DNA from: Chrysomallon squamiferum
Lineage: Eukaryota; Animalia; Mollusca
Assembly: GCA_012295275.1 (NCBI GenBank)
Contig: CM022667.1
Coordinates: 14,632,001 to 14,696,000, forward strand
DNA length: 64,000 nucleotides
Direction: 5' to 3'
Positions 60,288 to 64,000 of this stretch are shown here, piece after piece; within the stretch, counting starts at the first letter, position 1, and each line of letters starts with the position of its first letter. Under the pieces are notes generated by a model, which was not told the origin of the DNA, searched no databases, and saw only the letters and a list, made by a program, of their open reading frames with translations. Position numbers and translations under genes: made by a program.

Positions 60288-60609
60288 GATGATGATGATT
60301 TGTGTCGTATAAATTTTAATTGAAAGTATTTTATTAACTTTGATTCTTGGGACTGATGTAATTCGTTATCTTTTTCTCTTTATTATTATTATTATTATTA
60401 TCATTATTATTAAACAAATTTAAATACAGTTGATTTTCGTGTCTATCAATGAAATGATGATGATGATGATGATGATGATGATAATAATAATAATAATAAT
60501 AATAATGGCTGTAATGATGGTGGTGGTAGTAATAGCAGCATCAATTCTTAGTCTGTTTTTATCCACTTAAACCTATCTGTGTAGCCAGTACATTCATTAT
60601 ACGTCATTA

Positions 60610-60691
<82 letters not shown>

Positions 60692-60790
60692 ATCTTATAT
60701 GCAGTTATTTTAATACTACTCTACCTGTGTCTATGATATGTAATTAATATATTTTAATTTATTTTATTTTTTGTTTTTAATCTCTCACAG

Positions 60791-60859
60791 GTGCTGAAGG
60801 CTGCTAGTCCTGTTCTTTTAAGAATTATATTACTTGGAGCCTTTTTACTATATTGTCCA
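60791..60859 (+). CDS. GPR158-like: Coding exon 6: ICL1 and TM2
   Basis: Acceptor tctctcacAG and donor CCA|GTAAGT, phase 0-0. Encodes VLKAASPVLLRIILLGAFLLYCP. Confidence 0.92.
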
Positions 60860-61449
60860 GTAAGTATAAGAATTTATACATACATATATATATATATATA
60901 TACACATTTCAGTTATTAAGATAATATATGTACAAAGAGAGGTGTTGAGACATAATCATACGTATCCAAAGACTATATATAGCATTAATACGTGTTCCAA
61001 TATATCGCATAAAGAATGTTGCAGAAAACGAAAACTAGATAAGCATATGATTGACGAAACATTTCTAATGTCAGTTATAAGATATTAAAGTGAAAAATTT
61101 CCTGTTCAAATATTTACCGTAATGATTTGAAAGAGACCATAGTATTAATGGTTTTCGTCTTCAAATGTTAAAAAAACAGATATCAGTTTTGGTTAATGTT
61201 TATTTGGAATTTGCATTCTATAACGATTATCTATGAAAATTGTTGTAATTTATATCTTTAATGATTATTTTATTTTATTTTATTTTATTTTTACTTGATA
61301 TTTTCATTAGTGATTTTAATTTCATTATTTCATCATTTCATTATTTATTTATTCATTTTATTTATTTATGTATTTATTTATTTATTTACTTATTATTGAT
61401 TATTTATTTATTTACTCGTTCATCACTCTTTCATTCATTTATCTTTCAG

Positions 61450-61559
61450 CTTATTATAGGTTACTTTGAGGCCAGCGTTATAACGTGTTGTATGAAATTT
61501 TGGTTTAGACAAATAGGTTTTTCAATATCTTACGGGGCCTTACTACTAAAAACATGGAG
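61450..61559 (+). CDS. GPR158-like: Coding exon 7: ECL1 and TM3
   Basis: Acceptor atctttcAG and donor AG|GTGAGA, phase 0 to 2. Encodes LIIGYFEASVITCCMKFWFRQIGFSISYGALLLKTW(R). Confidence 0.92.
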
Positions 61560-61808
61560 GTGAGAAACTCATCATGCTTGAATATTAATATAACATTCTT
61601 CAGCTTATCTAAATATCAAAAAGTACCAATATAACTACGTAAATGAACGTATACATAATATAACACTTTAAATTGCTCTTAAGGCACACACACATATTAG
61701 TACATACTTACATACATACAATACAATGCACTAACATACCTACGTAAACACACACAAACACATATAATTTACTTATCTGTCTGCTTACTGTTGTTGTTGT
61801 TGTTTCAG

Positions 61809-61954
61809 GATATCAGTAGTTTTTCGAGTTCGTTCAGCTCAGAGAATAAAAATATCCGATGGCGACTTGATAAAAAGGCTGGTTGCTATAGTGCTAGTGT
61901 TTACTATCTATCTGGTGTCTCGCACCATCTTCGGACCACCTAAAATTATACAAG
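61809..61954 (+). CDS. GPR158-like: Coding exon 8: ICL2 and TM4
   Basis: Acceptor tgtttcAG and donor CAAG|GTGAGT, phase 2 to 1. Encodes (R)ISVVFRVRSAQRIKISDGDLIKRLVAIVLVFTIYLVSRTIFGPPKIIQ(G). Confidence 0.92.
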
Positions 61955-62261
61955 GTGAGTTAAAAAGTAATGGCAGCTGTTGCCAAAGCCTCAAAGATTT
62001 GAAAGTTCGAGTTAATTGTGTAAGACGTGCATCTGTCGCTTTCGTTTGTGTCTGTTCGTGTTTCTTCGTTTGTCAGTGTAAACATGTCGTTGAGTGTCTA
62101 CTGAATATCTCCGTATCATTTTGTCTGTTTTACTAATGATGATTTGACATTATTATATTATCTCACTTACACGTACGTGCATCTGGACGTATATATATAT
62201 ATATAGGTATATATGCACGAAAATATCTGTATTTCTATCCTTTTTATCTGTAAAGTGTGAA

Positions 62262-62353
<92 letters not shown>

Positions 62354-62395
62354 ATCGCCATGGTTTTATTCCTACCTGTGTTTTTATTTGAACAG

Positions 62396-62464
62396 GTAAA
62401 GATGTGAGCGGGTTGAAGGCCTTTCAGTGTTCTTCAGACTGGTGGGACCATTCAGCAGTGATTG
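62396..62464 (+). CDS. GPR158-like: Coding exon 9: ECL2
   Basis: Acceptor ttttatttgaacAG and donor ATTG|GTCAGT, phase 1-1. Encodes (G)KDVSGLKAFQCSSDWWDHSAVI, including the conserved ECL2 Cys and the WD motif. Confidence 0.9.
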
Positions 62465-62732
62465 GTCAGTACTTACCTTTATTTTACCTCACTTTTCACT
62501 TACTTACCCTATACTGTATCGATATATCGCTTTTGTCTGTTTAAAATAATATTAGGCAGTTTTATAACTTCAAAAATAGCAGAAAGAAAATTATAATAAC
62601 AATACTGGATATACAAACTCTTTCTATTCTGTATCACTTTCTTCTTTTTCTCATTATTATGTTGTTGTAGTTTTTATTATTATTCATGTCTTATCTTTTA
62701 AGTTTTTATTATTAAATAAGTGTCTGTGTATG

Positions 62733-62826
<94 letters not shown>

Positions 62827-62903
62827 GTTTGTCTGGCTGACGATGATGATGATAATGATAATGATAACAATGTAATAACAATCGATAAAAGAATTTGTTG
62901 TTG

Positions 62904-62981
<78 letters not shown>

Positions 62982-63008
62982 CTATTAATGTTTTAATTTC
63001 TCTTTCAG

Positions 63009-63147
63009 CTGAGCTTTTATTTCTTCTGTGGGGAGTTCGTCTGTGTATAGTTGTAAGAAAAGCCCCGTCAGAGTTCAATGAAAGCAGATTTATTAGCTGG
63101 GCGATATACAATGAGTTTTTACTCTCACTTTTCCTCAATGTGTCAAT
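63009..63147 (+). CDS. GPR158-like: Coding exon 10: TM5, ICL3 and TM6
   Basis: Acceptor tttctctttcAG and donor AT|GTAAGT, phase 1 to 2. Encodes (A)ELLFLLWGVRLCIVVRKAPSEFNESRFISWAIYNEFLLSLFLNVS(M), with the class C FNE motif. Confidence 0.93.
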
Positions 63148-63895
63148 GTAAGTACACCCTTAATTATTAACACCTTTCTTTTCTTATTCCATGCATATGT
63201 GTCTAAAGTAAATATTTCAAAGAAATTTTATTATTGACAATAATACAAAATAAGTGCTTATATAATTATGTATATATTAGTTTTCTATTAGTATATATTT
63301 TATTTTGTTTTAGTGTATATAATTAAGTGCTTAATATCACTGAAATATACTTGAAAGCGTATATCTATTTATCAATCAATCCATCTATCTCTCTATCTAT
63401 CTGTGAACATCAGTTTCTAAATAGCATAGGTCTAATATATATCTCTGTCTGTCTGTCTATCTTTTTATCTGTATATATATCTCTATATATATTTATCTAT
63501 ATTTGTGTGTACGTGAGTGTGCGTAAAAACAGTTGCACCCTTTTACAAAGAAAAGTTCATATATGTTCATTTCTGTGTCTAATAATAATTATTTATTATA
63601 TAAGCACGTATTTTGTTTAAGTATGTTTCACTTTTCGCTGACGTATAAAGTCTGGAAAGTCATTGTTATTATTGTACTAAGAACTAGCTGACTGGATATG
63701 AATATGCGTGTGTACGTGCGTACGTGTGCGTAATGTATAACGTCTGCGTGATGTGCGCACGAATTTGAGTGCGCTCGCGAATGTGTGTGTGTTCGGGCCT
63801 ATGTGTGCGCATGTCTGTGTATGCGAAAGTTCAAATATTCAAAATAAATTTCGAAACTTGTGTGTTAATTATTATGATTTTTTTTTTTTTTTCAG

Positions 63896-64000
63896 GATAT
63901 TTTTAAAAAGCCCTTTTCCAACTAATCCAGACCTTCTGTATCTGGCGCTGTTTATTCACACGCAATTAACTACAACTGTAACATTAGCCTTTCTCTTTGG
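63896..64000 (+). CDS. GPR158-like: Coding exon 11 (truncated by window end): ECL3 and TM7
   Basis: Acceptor is poly-T then cAG, phase 2. Encodes (M)IFLKSPFPTNPDLLYLALFIHTQLTTTVTLAFLFG and runs off the window. Confidence 0.9.

Noticed and set aside
61261-61449. Hydrophobic N-terminal extension of ORF 61261-61563
   Set aside because: It is T-rich intron sequence upstream of the exon 7 acceptor and is open by chance.

Overview
AT-rich, microsatellite-dense animal genomic DNA. The (AG)n/(AAT)n/(ACT)n/(ATAC)n load resembles cephalopod or decapod genomes, but I cannot determine the species. The only protein-coding gene I can support is a + strand, multi-exon class C GPCR of the GPR158/GPR179 (Drosophila CG31760-like) family. 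I reconstructed 11 coding exons from ATG 25389 to the window end. All introns are GT-AG with matching phases, giving one open frame of about 660 codons: signal peptide, Cache domain, EGF-like/Cys-rich region and TM1-TM7. The C-terminus lies beyond 64000, and intron 1 is 23.4 kb. Upstream are an internally deleted Tigger/pogo DNA transposon (14434-15194), a candidate GC-box/CRE/TATA promoter with a splice donor (~15.3-15.7 kb) and a probable long uORF-rich 5' leader. Several degenerate minisatellites (13, 15, 22 and ~65 bp units) are also present. Nearly all other ORFs in the track are translations of simple repeats. I found no clearly new biological system. The most interesting leads are an altered Cache ligand-pocket motif, a CRE cluster in intron 1 and oriented (CT)n/(AG)n tracts around exons.
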